Assembly (NCBI RefSeq): GCF_018977255.1 | Contig: NW_024704743.1 | Span: 75,332,001-75,396,000 of the forward strand | Direction: 5' to 3' | DNA from: Callorhinchus milii | Lineage: Eukaryota | DNA: 64,000 nt | In this document: piece after piece, positions 22,157-34,670 of the stretch | Layout: every line of letters begins with the position of its first letter | Position numbering within the stretch: the stretch's first letter is position 1 | Notes under the pieces: model-generated | The model's database searches: none | What the model was told of the DNA's origin: nothing | The model's input: the letters and a program-made list of their open reading frames with translations, nothing else | Program-made: the position numbers and the translations under genes

Positions 22157-25100
22157 AGAGCCCAGAGTGAGCTACATCCGAAGTGAGGTGAGGCCAGAGT
22201 GAGAAGGAATTGGGTGAGAGTGGGAATTAGGTGCAGAGGGGGAAATATATCTTCTCACGGCAATAATATAGGGATAAATAGAGTGAGAGGGAGAATGACC
22301 TGGCAGGTGAAGTGTGAGGAATGTGGTATGTGGGAGTTGATGGAGGACAACCTGAGCCCGGGCGACTTCATCTGCAACAAATATCTGCAACTGAGGAAGC
22401 TCCAGCTTAGAATAGCTGAGCTGGAGTCTCAGGTGGAGACACTGTGCAGCATTAGAGATGGGAAGAGCTTCCTGGACAGTATCATCCTGGAGCCAGACAC
22501 TCCCCCGAGTCCCAGGGAACATTCCGTTACCAGCCACGGACAGGACTGGGTGACGGTCAGACAGGCGGGTAAGGGGACCCGAAAGAGAGGGGCAGAGGAA
22601 CCCCAGGTTTTAACCTTGGCTGACAGGTATGAAATACTTGCAACCTGTGTGGACAAGGAAGTCTGTGAGGAAGATGGGCAAACTTACCCCAACACCTCTA
22701 TACAGGAGGCCACACAAAGGGGAATAGTCAGAAGGAATACAGTAGTAATTGGGGATGAGACAGTCAGGAAGACTGACACACTTTTCTGCAGCCGTAGCAG
22801 GGAGACAAGAAGACTCTGTTGCCTTCCTGGGGCCAGGGTGACGGACGTCACTTCCGGGCTGGAGAAAAATTTGAAGCAGGAGGGAGTGGATCCAATAGTT
22901 ATGATTCACATAGGGACCAAAGAGATAGGTAGGACCGGTAGGGACGAGTTGAGGAGCAAGTTCCAGGAATTGGGAGTTAAGCTAAAGAGTAGAACTTCAA
23001 AGGTATTAATATCAGGATTACTACCTGAGCCAGGGGCAAATTGGTACAGGCAAAAAAAAATTAAAGAACTGAATACCTGGCTAAAAGAGTGGTGCCCATT
23101 CAATTATGGGCCACTGGCACCAGTATTGGGGGAGATAGGAGCTATTCCAAAGGAATGGATTCCTCCTAAACAGGGCTGGGACAAATGTCCTGGAAACACA
23201 AATGAATAGGAAGGTAGACAGGGCTTTAAACTGCTAAGGGGGGAGGGATAAATTCAATCACATTTAATCTGTCACAATTAAAATTAGGACCGATGAAAGT
23301 GGGAGAGCAGATAAGCAAAGAGTGTCAAGCGGGGAAAAGAAGCTCAGGGATAGGGTACTGGTGAATAGGACTAGTAGCCTGAAGTCAGAATTAAGGGCGC
23401 TATATCTGAATGTGTGAAGCATTCAAAACAAGATAGATGAACTAAATGCACAAATAGAAACAAACGGGTATGATCTGGTAGCCATCACCGAGACATGATT
23501 ACCGGGAGATCAAGGATGGGAGCTAAATATTCCAGGTTACGTGGTGTATAGAAAAGATAGGCAATGTGGTAAACGCCCTGCTAATAAAGGATGGGATAAA
23601 AACTGTAGAAAGGAAAGATTTTAAATCAGAAAAGCAGGAAGTAGAGTCAGTATGGGTAGAACTACGTAACAACAAGGGGCAGAAAACTCCAGCAGGAGTA
23701 GTTTATAGACAGCAGTCACAGTATCTGAACAGCAGTCACAGTATCTCTCAAGGTATAAATCAGGAAATTAGCGGAGCGTGTAGAAAAGGAAAAACATTAA
23801 TTGTGGGTGATTTTACTCTGCATATAGAATGGGCCAACCAAATTAGGAAAAGTATGATAGAAGAAGAGTTTATAGAATGTATTAGGGATAATTATCCAGA
23901 TCAGTATGCCGAGGAGCCCACCAGGGAACAGACCATATTAGACCTTGTTTTGTGTAATGAAGCAGGGCTGATCAGCAAACTGGAAATTAAGGCTCCTGTA
24001 GGGCAAAGCGATCGTAGTATGATGGAATTTAGCATTAAGTTAGAGAGAGAAGTAGTTAAGTCCGAAGCAAAGGTCTTAAATTTAAGTAGAGCCAACTTTG
24101 CTGGTATGAGAAAGGAATTAGCTAAAATAAACTGGGAAATTAGACTGAAGGATTTGACAGTAAACCAGCAATGGCAGACGTTTAAGGAGATACTGCAAAA
24201 TTCACAGTGAGCACTTATCCTTTGAGCAATAATAATAATAATAATAATAATCCTTGCATTTGATATAGCGCTGTTCACGTCGGAAGGACGTCCCAAAGCG
24301 CTTCACAGAACACACTGTAAAGTGAATTGACTGTATATTTGTGGGCGAATGCGGCAGCCAATTGCGCACAGCAATGTCCCACAAACAGTCTTAGATTGAA
24401 AATGACCAATTTATTATTGTTTTTGGTTTTGGAGGGATTATTATTATTAGGCGTGTGGAGTAAGGAAACTTGCCCAAGGTTTCACCCTGCCTGGGATTAA
24501 ACTCGGGTCTCTCACTTGCAAAGCGAGTGCTCTAACCACTGAGCTACAGGACTCCACGAATCTCCACTGTGGCTAACTAGAGCAGTTAGGGAAAGTATAA
24601 AGTTAAAGGAAGAAGCCTATAAAACAGCTAAGATGAGTAGTAAACCCAAGGATTGGGAGAACTTTAGGGATCAACAAAGGAGAACTAAAAAAGTGATTAA
24701 GAGGGAGAAAATGGAATATGAGGGCAAAATAGCGAAGAACATAAAGACAGACTGCAAGAGTTTTTAAAAATATATAAAGAGGAAGAGGCTGTCATAGGTA
24801 AATGTGGGTCCGCTACAGGCAGAGATGGGGGGAATTATAGTAGGGGACAAAGACATGGCAGAGTCATTAAACAAGCACTTTGCTACTGTCTTCACATGAG
24901 AAGACACTGAAAACCTACCAAGAATAGAGGGGAGCCAAGAAGACAATGTTAGCGAGCAACTTGGGGGAATTAATATTACTAAAGAAATGGTTTTAGGTAA
25001 ATTGTCAGGTCTTAAAACTAATAAATCTCCAGGACCTGATGGCCTACATCCTAGGGTTTTAAAAGAAGTGGCTACTGAGATAGTGGATGGCTTGTCTTTG

Positions 25101-26603
25101 ATCTTCCAAAATTCTCTGGATTCTGGAACGGTTCCCATTGATTGGAAGATTGCAAACATAACACCACTATTTAAGAAGGATGGGAGAGAAAAGATGGAGA
25201 ACTATAGACCAGTTAGTCTGACATCAGTGGTAGGGAAAATTATTGAGTCCTTAATTAAAGATGTCGTTATGGGATTCCTGGAAGACCATAACAAGATTGT
25301 GCAGAGTCAACATGGCTTTAAAAAAGGGAAGTCATGCTTAACTAATCTTTTAGAGATTTTGAAGATGTATCTCGCAGGTTAGATAGGGGGGAACCAATAG
25401 ATGTAGTATATTTGGATTTTAAAAAGGCATTTGACAAAGTGCCACACAAAAGGCTATTGCACAAGGTTAAGGCCCACGGGATTAATGAGAACATATTAGC
25501 ATGGATTGAAGAATGGCTAACGGGTAGAAAACAGAGAGTAGAGATTAATGGGTCATTCTCGAATTGGCAGGATGTGACTAGTGGAGTGTCACAAGGATCA
25601 GTGCTTGGGCCTCAGCTATTTACAATTTACATTAATGATCTAGACGAGGACATTGAATGTAACGTATCTAAATTCGCGGATGACACTAAACTAGGTGGGA
25701 GAGTAAGCTCTGAGGATGATACAAAAAGATTGCAACAGGATATAGATAGGCTAGGGGAGTGGGCGAGTAGGTGGCAGATGGAATTTAATGTGGGGAAGTG
25801 TGAAGTTATTCACCTAGGTAGCAAAAATAGAAAAACAGATTATTTTCTAGAGGGGGAGAGATTAGATAGTGTTAGTGTTCAGAGGATTTGGGTGTCCTTG
25901 TACACCAGTCTCAAAAAGTTAGTTTGCAGGTGCAGCAAGCAACTAAGAAGGCAAATGGCATGTTAGCGTTCATTGCAAAAGGTGTAGAGTACAAGAGTAG
26001 GGAAGTCTTGCTGTAACTGTATAGGGCCTTGGTGAGACCACACCTAGAGTATTGTGTGCAGTTTTGGTCTCCTTATTTAAAAAAGGACATACTCGCCTTA
26101 GAGGGGGTGCAGTGTAAATTCACTAAGTTAGTTCCTGGGATGAGGGGACTGACCAATGAGGATAGGCTGAATAAACTAGGGCTGTTCTCTAGAGTACAGA
26201 AGAATTAGGGGAGATCTTATTGAAACATATAAGATTCTTAAAGGGCTGGATAAAGTAGACACTGAGGGTCTGTTTCCCCTGGTAGGAGAATCTATAACCA
26301 GGGGTCACAGTCTTAAAATTAAGGGCCAACCTTTTAGAACAGAGTTGAGGAAACATTTCTTCACTCAGAGGGTAGTGAATTTATGGAATTCACTACCCCA
26401 GAAGGCTGTAGATGCTCAGTTCTTGAACATTTTCAAGGCTGAGACTGATAGATTTTTTTTAAAATAGAGGGATTAGGGGATATGGGGATAGGTCAGGTAA
26501 TTAGAGTTAGGTCTGAAGATCAGCCATGATCTTATCGAATGGCGGGGCAGGCTCGAGGGGCCGAATGCCTACTCCTGCTCCTAATTCTTATGTTCTTATG
26601 TTA
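22157..26603 (+). mobile_element. CR1 LINE copy B, essentially full length (5' UTR, ORF1 zinc finger/coiled coil/SGNH esterase, ORF2 APE-RT), disrupted
   Basis: ORF1 starts at about 22295 (CEECGMWE...FICNKY, LPGARV). ORF2 starts at about 23390 (LYLNV*SIQNK, AITET, LDLVLCNE, RT motifs). Ends in (ttcttatg)n. Confidence 0.95.
24228..24557 (-). mobile_element. Young full-length tRNA/CORE-like SINE inserted in ORF2 of CR1 copy B
   Basis: Very similar to 16577-16906, with a long (att)n tail. Confidence 0.93.
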
Positions 26604-26605
26604 TT

Positions 26606-27439
26606 ATATAGATAGTCTAAGTGAGTGGGCAAATAGATGCCAGATTAAGTAAAATATAGGGAAGTGTGAAGTCATCCACCTAGGTGGCAAAAACAGTAGA
26701 GCAGATTATTTTTTAGAAGGGGAGAGACTAGATAGTGTTAGCATTCAGAGGGACTTGGGTGTCCTTGTACACCAGTCACAAAAAATTAGTTTGCAGGTAC
26801 AGCAAGCAATTAGGAAGGCTAACGGTATGTTGGCATTTGTTACAAAAGGGGTAGAATATAGGAGTGGGGAAGTCTTGCTGCAACTGTATAGGGCCCTGGT
26901 GAGACCGCAACTGGAGTATTGTGTGCAGTTTTAGTCTCCTTATTTAAGAAAGGATATACTCGCCTTGGAGGGGGTACCTGGGATGAGGGGGATGAGTTAT
27001 GAGGATAGGTTGAGCAATTTAGGCCTATATTCTCCAGAATATAGAAGAATGAGAGGTGATCTTATAGAAACCTATAAGATTATTAAGGGACACAACAGAA
27101 TAGATAGTGGAAGACTTTTTCCCCTGGTTGGAGAAACTATAACCAGGGGTCACATTCTTAAAATTAGGTGTAAGTCCTTTTGCACTGAGTTGAGGAAAAA
27201 CTTCTTCACTCAGATGGTAGTGAATTTATGGAATTCTCTACCCCAAAGGGCTATAGATGCTCAGTCATTGAACATATTCAAGACTGAGATTGATAGATTT
27301 CTTGTGGATAAAGGGATTAAGGGATATGGGGATAAAGTGGGTAGGTGGAGTTAGAATAGATCAGCCATAATCTTATTGAATGGCGGGGCAGGCTAGAGGG
27401 GCCGAATGGCCTGCTCCTAATTCTTATGTTCTTACGTTC
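26606..27439 (+). mobile_element. CR1 LINE copy A, 3' segment
   Basis: Resumes at IDSLSEWANR, directly continuing MQRD at 22156. Contains RRMRGDLIETYKI and NLWNSLP; ttcttatg tail. Confidence 0.93.
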
Positions 27440-27885
27440 TAAGGGCTAATGGGGGAAAATGGGGTAAATGGGCTGTTGATTTAAACAATTTCAGATCATA
27501 TCAGCTCACCTTCCCCCTCTTCTGTGACCATTCCCACATCAACTTGGTCCCAGACACATTTTTTCTCTCCCTGATCTGCCTGTTTTGTTGCAAGTTCTCC
27601 CCCAACCCCCCACTTTTGTTCTGCAGTATTAACACCTCTATTCCCCTGCTGTGTTGCAATCCCCCCTTTGCTTTGCATCATTAACACCTCTTTAACTCAT
27701 CATCCCCTGTCCTCTACCCCATTTTCTCCTTTGTATTCCTTTTCCTGCCTCTCCCCTCTCTGTTAGTCCTTAAAAGCCTCTCCCTCCCAGTTCTGACGAA
27801 GGGTTGTGGACCCGAAACGTTGACTCACTTTCCTTTCTCCATAGATGCCGCTGAGTGTTTCCAGCGACTTCTGTTTTTGTTTTCA
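27440..27885 (+). mobile_element. Penelope-like element, right part: a short continuation of the inverted arm, then the 3' region and terminal repeat
   Basis: taagggcta continues gagaggcttt (21000). 27485-27885 is homologous to 30515-30860. Confidence 0.85.
27789..27825 (+). ncRNA. Minimal type I hammerhead ribozyme motif, best-preserved copy
   Basis: AGTT-CTGACGA-A-GGGTT-GTG-GACCC-GAA-ACGT-T-GACT: intact CUGANGA and GAAA core, stem II, palindromic ACGU stem III, GUU cleavage triplet, and AGUU/GACU stem I. Confidence 0.7.
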
Positions 27886-28345
27886 AAGTAAAGTGGGTTA
27901 TGCCTTGATCATAGATTTCATGCAGCATCAAAAAGACTCACAATGATTCATCAAAATAATTGTTCTATTATGTTTGGGTTTCAATCACTTTTTCACGCAA
28001 TCCTATTTTGTGGCCAATGTAGAAATATGTGGCTCTTTTCAGTGGTTTTACCTGCCTTAACACTGGATTCCAGCCGTCTGAATTATTCTCTTGTGTTATT
28101 CAGTATAAATCATAAACTAGCTATTATGAATGAATGCCCAATACAGGTATGAATTGTTTGTGTATTATCCCTTATGTTTGGATGATTAAGTCCATATTCT
28201 TCTTGATGTGGGTGTAACTGTTGCTCTATATCTCTTTTATCAGTGGATTAACAGGGACCAGATGACAAAGAGGGAGTAGGATTTTCATCTACGACTGGCA
28301 TGCTGCAACCCTACTGGGTTTAACTGGGGAAATGGCAGCATTGAG

Positions 28346-28430
28346 CATAAGAACATAAAAAATGCTAGACGAAAAAAGTTCAAGGTCCATTTAGTTCGCC
28401 TTCCACCTTCCTGGCGGTCACATCCACATA
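28346..28430 (-). mobile_element. CR1 3' terminal fragment, same family as 2311-3585
   Basis: cataagaacata...gttcgccttccaccttcctggc matches 2316-2390. Confidence 0.7.
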
Positions 28431-29029
28431 TGTCCAATGTATTGTATCATATTTGCTTTACCTGGTCACCATTCTACTTTTCTGCCTGACCTGCACACTA
28501 CTCTTGTTCAAATAATAATAATAATCCTTGCATTTGATATAACGCTTTTCATGTTGGGAGGATTTCCCAGTGCTTCACATGATCTATTTCTACTGTGAAA
28601 TGGAGAGAGGGTGTATTTGTTGGCGAATGCAGAAGTTTAATTGCGCACAGCAATATCCCACAAACAGCCATGAACGAATGACCAATTTTATGTGAGGGAT
28701 TGTTGGCCACATGAATAATTCAACAACACCAACAACATTACACTTGTATAGCGCCTTTCACGTCGTGAGGATGTCCCAAGGTGCTGGACAGTGTACAACA
28801 TTTCAGACCTGAGCTGGGGTCATGGAGGGAGAAGGGAGGGAAGGGGAAGAGGGGTGACTGATTTTTTTATTTTTAAAAATTATTCAGCATTTATTTCCCA
28901 CTTAAATCATTAATGGCCCTTTGGATTTGTATCACAAGTCCTTATTTATTGCTCACTCAATGTTTGTTGCTGTGAAACATTGTGATGACCTCGTCAATGG
29001 ATAGAAATTCCACCTTGGGCTAGAAATCA

Positions 29030-29420
29030 TTCTTTCTTCATGTCCAGGCTTGATTATTTCCAACGCTCTGCTCACCAGACTCCTCAGCTATTCCCTACAC
29101 AAGCTTGAGACTATCTATAACTCTATAGCTTGTGTCCTCTCCTGCACCAAGCTCCATCACCACCCCTATCCTCACTCAGTTCCACTGGCTTCCCATCCCT
29201 TGCGGATCAAATCAAGATCTTTGTCCTTACTTTCAAATCCCTCCATGGCCTTGCCCCTCCCTACCTCTGCAACCTCACTGACCTTCCTAACTAGCCCTTG
29301 CTTTTGCTCACTGAACAGCGACCTGTTTCATGCACTCCACCCTATCCGCCTAAAGAGTACATTTAGACTTTGGTGGGTGAGCTCTCAGCACATATGTGCC
29401 CGCTCATTGGAACTCATTCC
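29030..29420 (+). mobile_element. Old L2 fragment
   Basis: Degenerate SRLDY.NALL, LHKL and HWLPI-type nucleotide similarity. Confidence 0.7.
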
Positions 29421-30354
29421 AGTGTCACTTCAACTCACTCTCCAGTTTAAAAACCCACATTCTGTCCCTTCGTATTTGAAGATGGGAGATTAAGCCTAAA
29501 CATATGTTTATCATTTCAACAGTCAAGTTTGGTAACATGGAGAAAAGGGCTTTGAGAATAAGATATCGTCAAAATGACAATCATTGTTACATGTAGCCCT
29601 TAAAGAGGAATTATCATAACCCTTTGTTTTGATGTGACATCCTCGAAGAATCAACCACCACCATCTGCCATCACCCCATAACCCACACGTGTGAAAGACG
29701 CTAGCCCCTGTGAAGGGTGCAATATAAATGCATGTTGTTGTTATTGTTGTTGTACCTCTAAGTTCAAGATCAGTAGTTCAGTCCCCTACTAAAATCACTT
29801 TAAAGTATTGTCAATATGGCAAGGGAAACTATGTCCATTTCAATTCAGCCCATATGTTCTCTTTAGGTTTAATGTTTTTTGATTCTATTCCTGTCTGAAA
29901 ACCACATCTGTTCTCATAGCATTTAATGTATTTCCCCTTTAATGTATGTTGCGGGAACCCCTTTCAGCCCTTCCCAATAGTTGCAGGCAGCATATTGGCA
30001 GGTTGTTCTTAAACTCCTGCATTGTGGACAGTGACCTGTTTGTTAATCACCAATATGAAAGTGTTTGCTTAAGGCTTTTGGTCCAGCTGGGGTTATTTTT
30101 GGTTGTGAAACAGAGGTCAATTTTGTGGTTTCTTAACAGAATTTATTAAATTATTTTAACTTTATTGCTAATTTACTAAGAAATCTGTAAATAGGGGATG
30201 TTGACACTTGGGAACACTCCAATTCAATCTATTTTCAGAGCACGGTTCCTTCAAGTCAGCACCTTGGACGTCATCCCGATGTGAAAGGCACTATACAAAT
30301 GTAATTTATTGTTGTGATATACTTTCAGTTAAATAGGGTAAAAAGAGAAAAGTT

Positions 30355-30890
30355 ATTTCCATTCTACTTTCCCTCCAACTCCCTCCACTCGCACTCCGAC
30401 CTCTCCATCCATGGTCTCCTACGCTGTTCCAATAAATCACAGCGTAAGCTCGAGGAACAGCACCTCATTTATTTGTTAGGGACCTTACAGCCCTCTGGCC
30501 TCAATATTAATTTCAACAATTTCAGACCATAACAGCTCACCTTCCCCCTCTCACTGTGACCATTACCACATCATCTGAATCCCAGACACACCTTTTCTCT
30601 CTGGTCTGCCTGTTTTGTTGCAATCCCCGCCCCTTTGTTTTTCATCATTAACACCTCTTTGACTCATCATCCCCTGTTCTCTACCCCATTTTCTCCTTTG
30701 TCTTCCTTGCCATGCCTCCCCCCTCTCTGTTAGCCCTTAAAAGCCTCTCTCTCCCAACATGCCCCAATTCTGCCGTAGGGTCGTTGACCAGAAACAGTGA
30801 CTCATTTTCCTTTCTCCTGACTGCTGAGTGTTCCCAGCGACTTCTATTTTTGTTTCAGTTATTTCCAGCATCGGCAGTATTTTACATTTT
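30355..30890 (+). mobile_element. Penelope-like retroelement 3' end (GIY-YIG endonuclease C-terminus plus terminal repeat)
   Basis: HSHSDLSIHGLLRCSNKSQRKLEEQHLIYLLGTLQPSGLN, the typical PLE C-terminal motif, followed by the terminal repeat with a decayed hammerhead at about 30766-30802. Confidence 0.88.
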
Positions 30891-31200
30891 ATTTCCATTG
30901 ATGGGGGTGTTAGGGACTCAGAGATATAGTTACAAGATAGGGACAAGAACAGCGAAAGGAGAATTTAGGAGGAATTTTTTCGCCCAGAGAGTAAGAGGGA
31001 TACCATGCTGAGAAGGGCGGCGGAGGCGGAGTCCATTGTAGGTTTCAATAGGGAAGCAGTCAGGTATGTGAAAGAAAGGGGCTTGAAGGGTATGGGGATA
31101 AGGTGGGGCACTGGGGTTAAAGTGATATCCTTGCTCTGTGAGCCGGTGTGGACTCGATGGGTCGAATGGCCTCCTTCTGTGCTATAGATTTCTACGTTTC
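30891..31200 (+). mobile_element. Old CR1 3' fragment
   Basis: FRRNFFAQRV and a gatgggtcgaatggcctccttctgtgct terminus. Confidence 0.75.
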
Positions 31201-32995
31201 TATAATTTTCAGAGAGAGACTTTATTCTGATTACTTAATTAAGAACATCATTGAGAAATATTGCAAAATGAACTACTACCTCCGCAAAACTTTACTTACA
31301 CTACTACTCATTTCCCACTTTTTGTCTTTGTTTTAATGCTTGCATGTCTGACCATCATCAATGCCCATAGTAATGTCTTCCCACTGATATGAACAAGTTT
31401 GTGTTTCCAGCTAAATGTTTCACGTTCTGCTGTGCCAGACACACGGCCCGCAACTGGGAAGTTGAAGGTTTTGATTTATGGTATGGTGCGAATGGGAAGA
31501 GAAACTTTGGACTGACTCTAAAACGATTTCCCTGGCATGTATCCTCATGTCACAGGTCACTGGTGTCCTTTCTGAAACAATTATTCAGTTTACTGAGGTC
31601 CGACTCTGGGAATGCTTCAGTGTAACTTTACCATAGCCTACAACCCACTGTGGTCAGAGGTTGAGACGTGATTGTCATGGGCTGTTTCTTAGGTTTTCTA
31701 CACCTGTGTTCAGAGGTAGCTATTGAAGCCCTTCTTTCCTCTCCATTTTGAAAATAAACTAAATGACTTCTTGCTTCTGTGTCTTCAATCGGGTAATTGC
31801 TGTGCTTTCCCCCATAAGATAACAGTCAATTCACTTTACAGTATATTCTGTGAAGCGTTTTGAGAAGTCTCAATGATGTGATAAGGCACTATATCAAATG
31901 CAAGGCTTTATTATTAATTGGGTAACTTTTTTTAACTAGATTTGATATTTTCATATAATATATTAGATGCTATTGCCCCCTATGTAAAACACTTTACTCT
32001 ATAACACCTATTAGAGTTTTGGTTGTCTTGGGCAACATAATAGTTCTTATAGAAACATATGTACAGAAAATAACACATATAAGTGTACGCATTAACAAGC
32101 CTCAAGTGTGGCTAAATATTTGACAGATTTCATCCTCCATAATGATAGTACAGTCTCTGGCTCTCTGGCTGTAACAGACTGTAAATGTATTGCTGTCAAT
32201 TTAATGATATGTAACTCTATAAACAGTACATTGCCTACTAGAAACTTCAGATGTTACTATATACAAAACAAACTACAGTATTAGTTTGTTTTACTTTCTC
32301 TTGCTCACATGTCTGCTGAAATAGGCTTCATTACGTGCATCACTGAGTGTGATTCTGGCCTGCTCTGTATTTGTCCTCCTGACTGCTGACCTGTTTCTGT
32401 CTGCGCCAGCTGCTTTTGTGTCATCTGCTGGTATCGAGATCTCCTTCCTATTTGATTGTGAGAAAAAGTGTTGGGCCACGCACTGAGAAAGTGTTGCTAT
32501 GAAGCCATAAATGCTGCATTAACCAATTAATACACAGTAACTACACTTTATATACAGTCAATTCACTTTACAGTATATTCTGTGAAGCCCTTTGAGATGT
32601 CTCAATGACATGATAAGGCACTACATTAAATGCAAAGATTATTATTAATATTATTTACAGTAAATCCTATGAAGCTTTTTTTTTTCATTTTTTCACTGAA
32701 CATCTACCTTTTTATAGATGAGATGTTGGTGGGGAATCCAGGACCAGTTAATGATAATGTGGATTAAATGAGTGGCTATTCTTTTATCATGGGATATGGT
32801 AAAGGATTTTTTTTTCAATTTTCCCTCATAAAGTCATAAAGGAGTTAATTGCTAATGACACAATTGGAGAATGTAGTTGGATTGTACCTGACAGTATGAG
32901 CAGACTGAATTAGTACCTAGTATTATTATTACCTAGCCAGCATTTTCATTCTCTTGCATTGTCAAACACAACTCTCCATCTAGTTCCTCCAATAC

Positions 32996-34365
32996 AATAC
33001 AAAATTCCATTTTGAAAGTGCCTTTCACATCAGTAGGATGTCCCAGTGTGCTGAGCAGTCAGGGATTAAACATTGAGACCTGAGCGGGAGGGGGGAGTTG
33101 GGATCAGGGAGGTTGGAGGATAGGAGGGTGACTGAAGGCACAGTCGAAGAGGAGGGTCTTGAGGCATATCTTGAAGGAGAGAAGGGAAGGAGTGAGTTGA
33201 AGGGAATGGGGGATGGAGTTCCTCAGTGTGGGGGCAGAGAGGCTGAAGGCTTGACCGCCGATGGTGGGGTGGGCCGGGCGGGGAACATGGAGCAGGCCAG
33301 AGTCTGCTGAGCAGAGGGAGTGGACAGGTTGATAAGGGGTTACCAGGTCAAAGAGGTAGGAGGGGGTAAGGCCATGGAGGGCCTTGAAGGTGAGGACAAT
33401 GATTTTGGTGACATCATCTGCAGGGATGGGGAAACAGTGGAGCTGGGTGAGGGTGGATGTGGTGGGTTTATGGAACCTAGTGCTGGAGAGGACACAAGCC
33501 TCAGAGTTCTGGATGATCTTCAGCTTGTGGAGGGAAGAGTTGGGAAGGCCGACAAACAGGGCATTGGCATAGTTGAGCCTGGATGTAATGATGGCATGTA
33601 TGAGGGTTTTGGCGGGATGAGGCAGTGGCGGAGTCGGGCAGTGTTGTGGAGGTGGGGGAAGGCAGAGTGGGTTATGGCACAGATGTGGGGGAGGAAAGAC
33701 AGCCGAGGGTCGAGCAAGACGCCCAGGCTCCTGACTGGCTCGGTGAGGTGGAATGTGCATCCGTGGATGCTGATGCTGCCAGTGCCTGAGGTGTGGAGGC
33801 GCTGACGCAAACCAATCAGGAGAGCTGGTCTTGTTGACATTCAACAGTAGAAAGTTGGTTCTCATCCAGCATTTCATGTCTGACAGGCAGTCTGTCAGGA
33901 CATCAGTGGTCCTGGAGTCGAGGGTGCACGCAGAGAAATAGAGTTGGGTGTCATCCACATACATGTGGAAGTTGACCCCATGTCTGCAAATGATGTCACC
34001 AAGAGGGAGTATGTACAGGTTGAGGAGGAGAGGACCAAAGACAGAACCCTGAGGAACATGCCACAAGACTGTGCGGCGGCTGGAGGAGAAGCGTTTTGTG
34101 GACACAAAGTGGTGCCGGTGTGAGAGATAGGATCTGAACGATTCAAGGAGAGAAACACAGAACCTTGAAGGTTGGGGTGAGAGGAGAGGCGGTGAAGGAG
34201 GATAGAGTGGTCCACAGTGGCAAAGGCAGCAGACAGGTTGAGGAGGACGAGGAGACAGAGGGATCCCTGGTTACACAGATGGACAGAATATCAATTGTCA
34301 CCTTGACCAGGGCTGTTTGTGTGCTGAGGAAATGTCAGGAGAGGAAAGAGTGAAGCTGGGAAGCA
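32996..34365 (-). mobile_element. L2 LINE 3' portion, disrupted
   Basis: [56 protein letters not shown]. Confidence 0.93.
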
Positions 34366-34670
34366 ATAATAATAATTCTTACATTTGCTATAGCTTCTTA
34401 TGTCATTGAGACGTCTCAAAGCGACTCACAAGATATACCATAAACTGGATTGCCCATGTATTTTGTGGGCGAAACGAGGCAGCCAGTTGCACACAGCAAT
34501 GTCCCACAAACAGCAGTGGAGTGAGTGACCAATTTTATCTGGGGGTTTGTTGGCCTGGACATTTGGAGAAACTCCCTTCCCTTTTTGTGTGATGCCATGG
34601 ATCTTGAACATCCACCTGAACAGGCAGATGGGACCTCAGTTTAATGTCTCATCCAAGGAAAGGCACTTCC
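34366..34670 (-). mobile_element. Deu-domain SINE
   Basis: Tail plus gccatggatcttgaacatccacctgaacaggcagatgggacctcagtttaatgtctcatcc. Confidence 0.8.

Noticed and set aside
31389..31730. Coding-looking unique sequence
   Set aside because: Stops interrupt the longer frames and no protein family was recognised.
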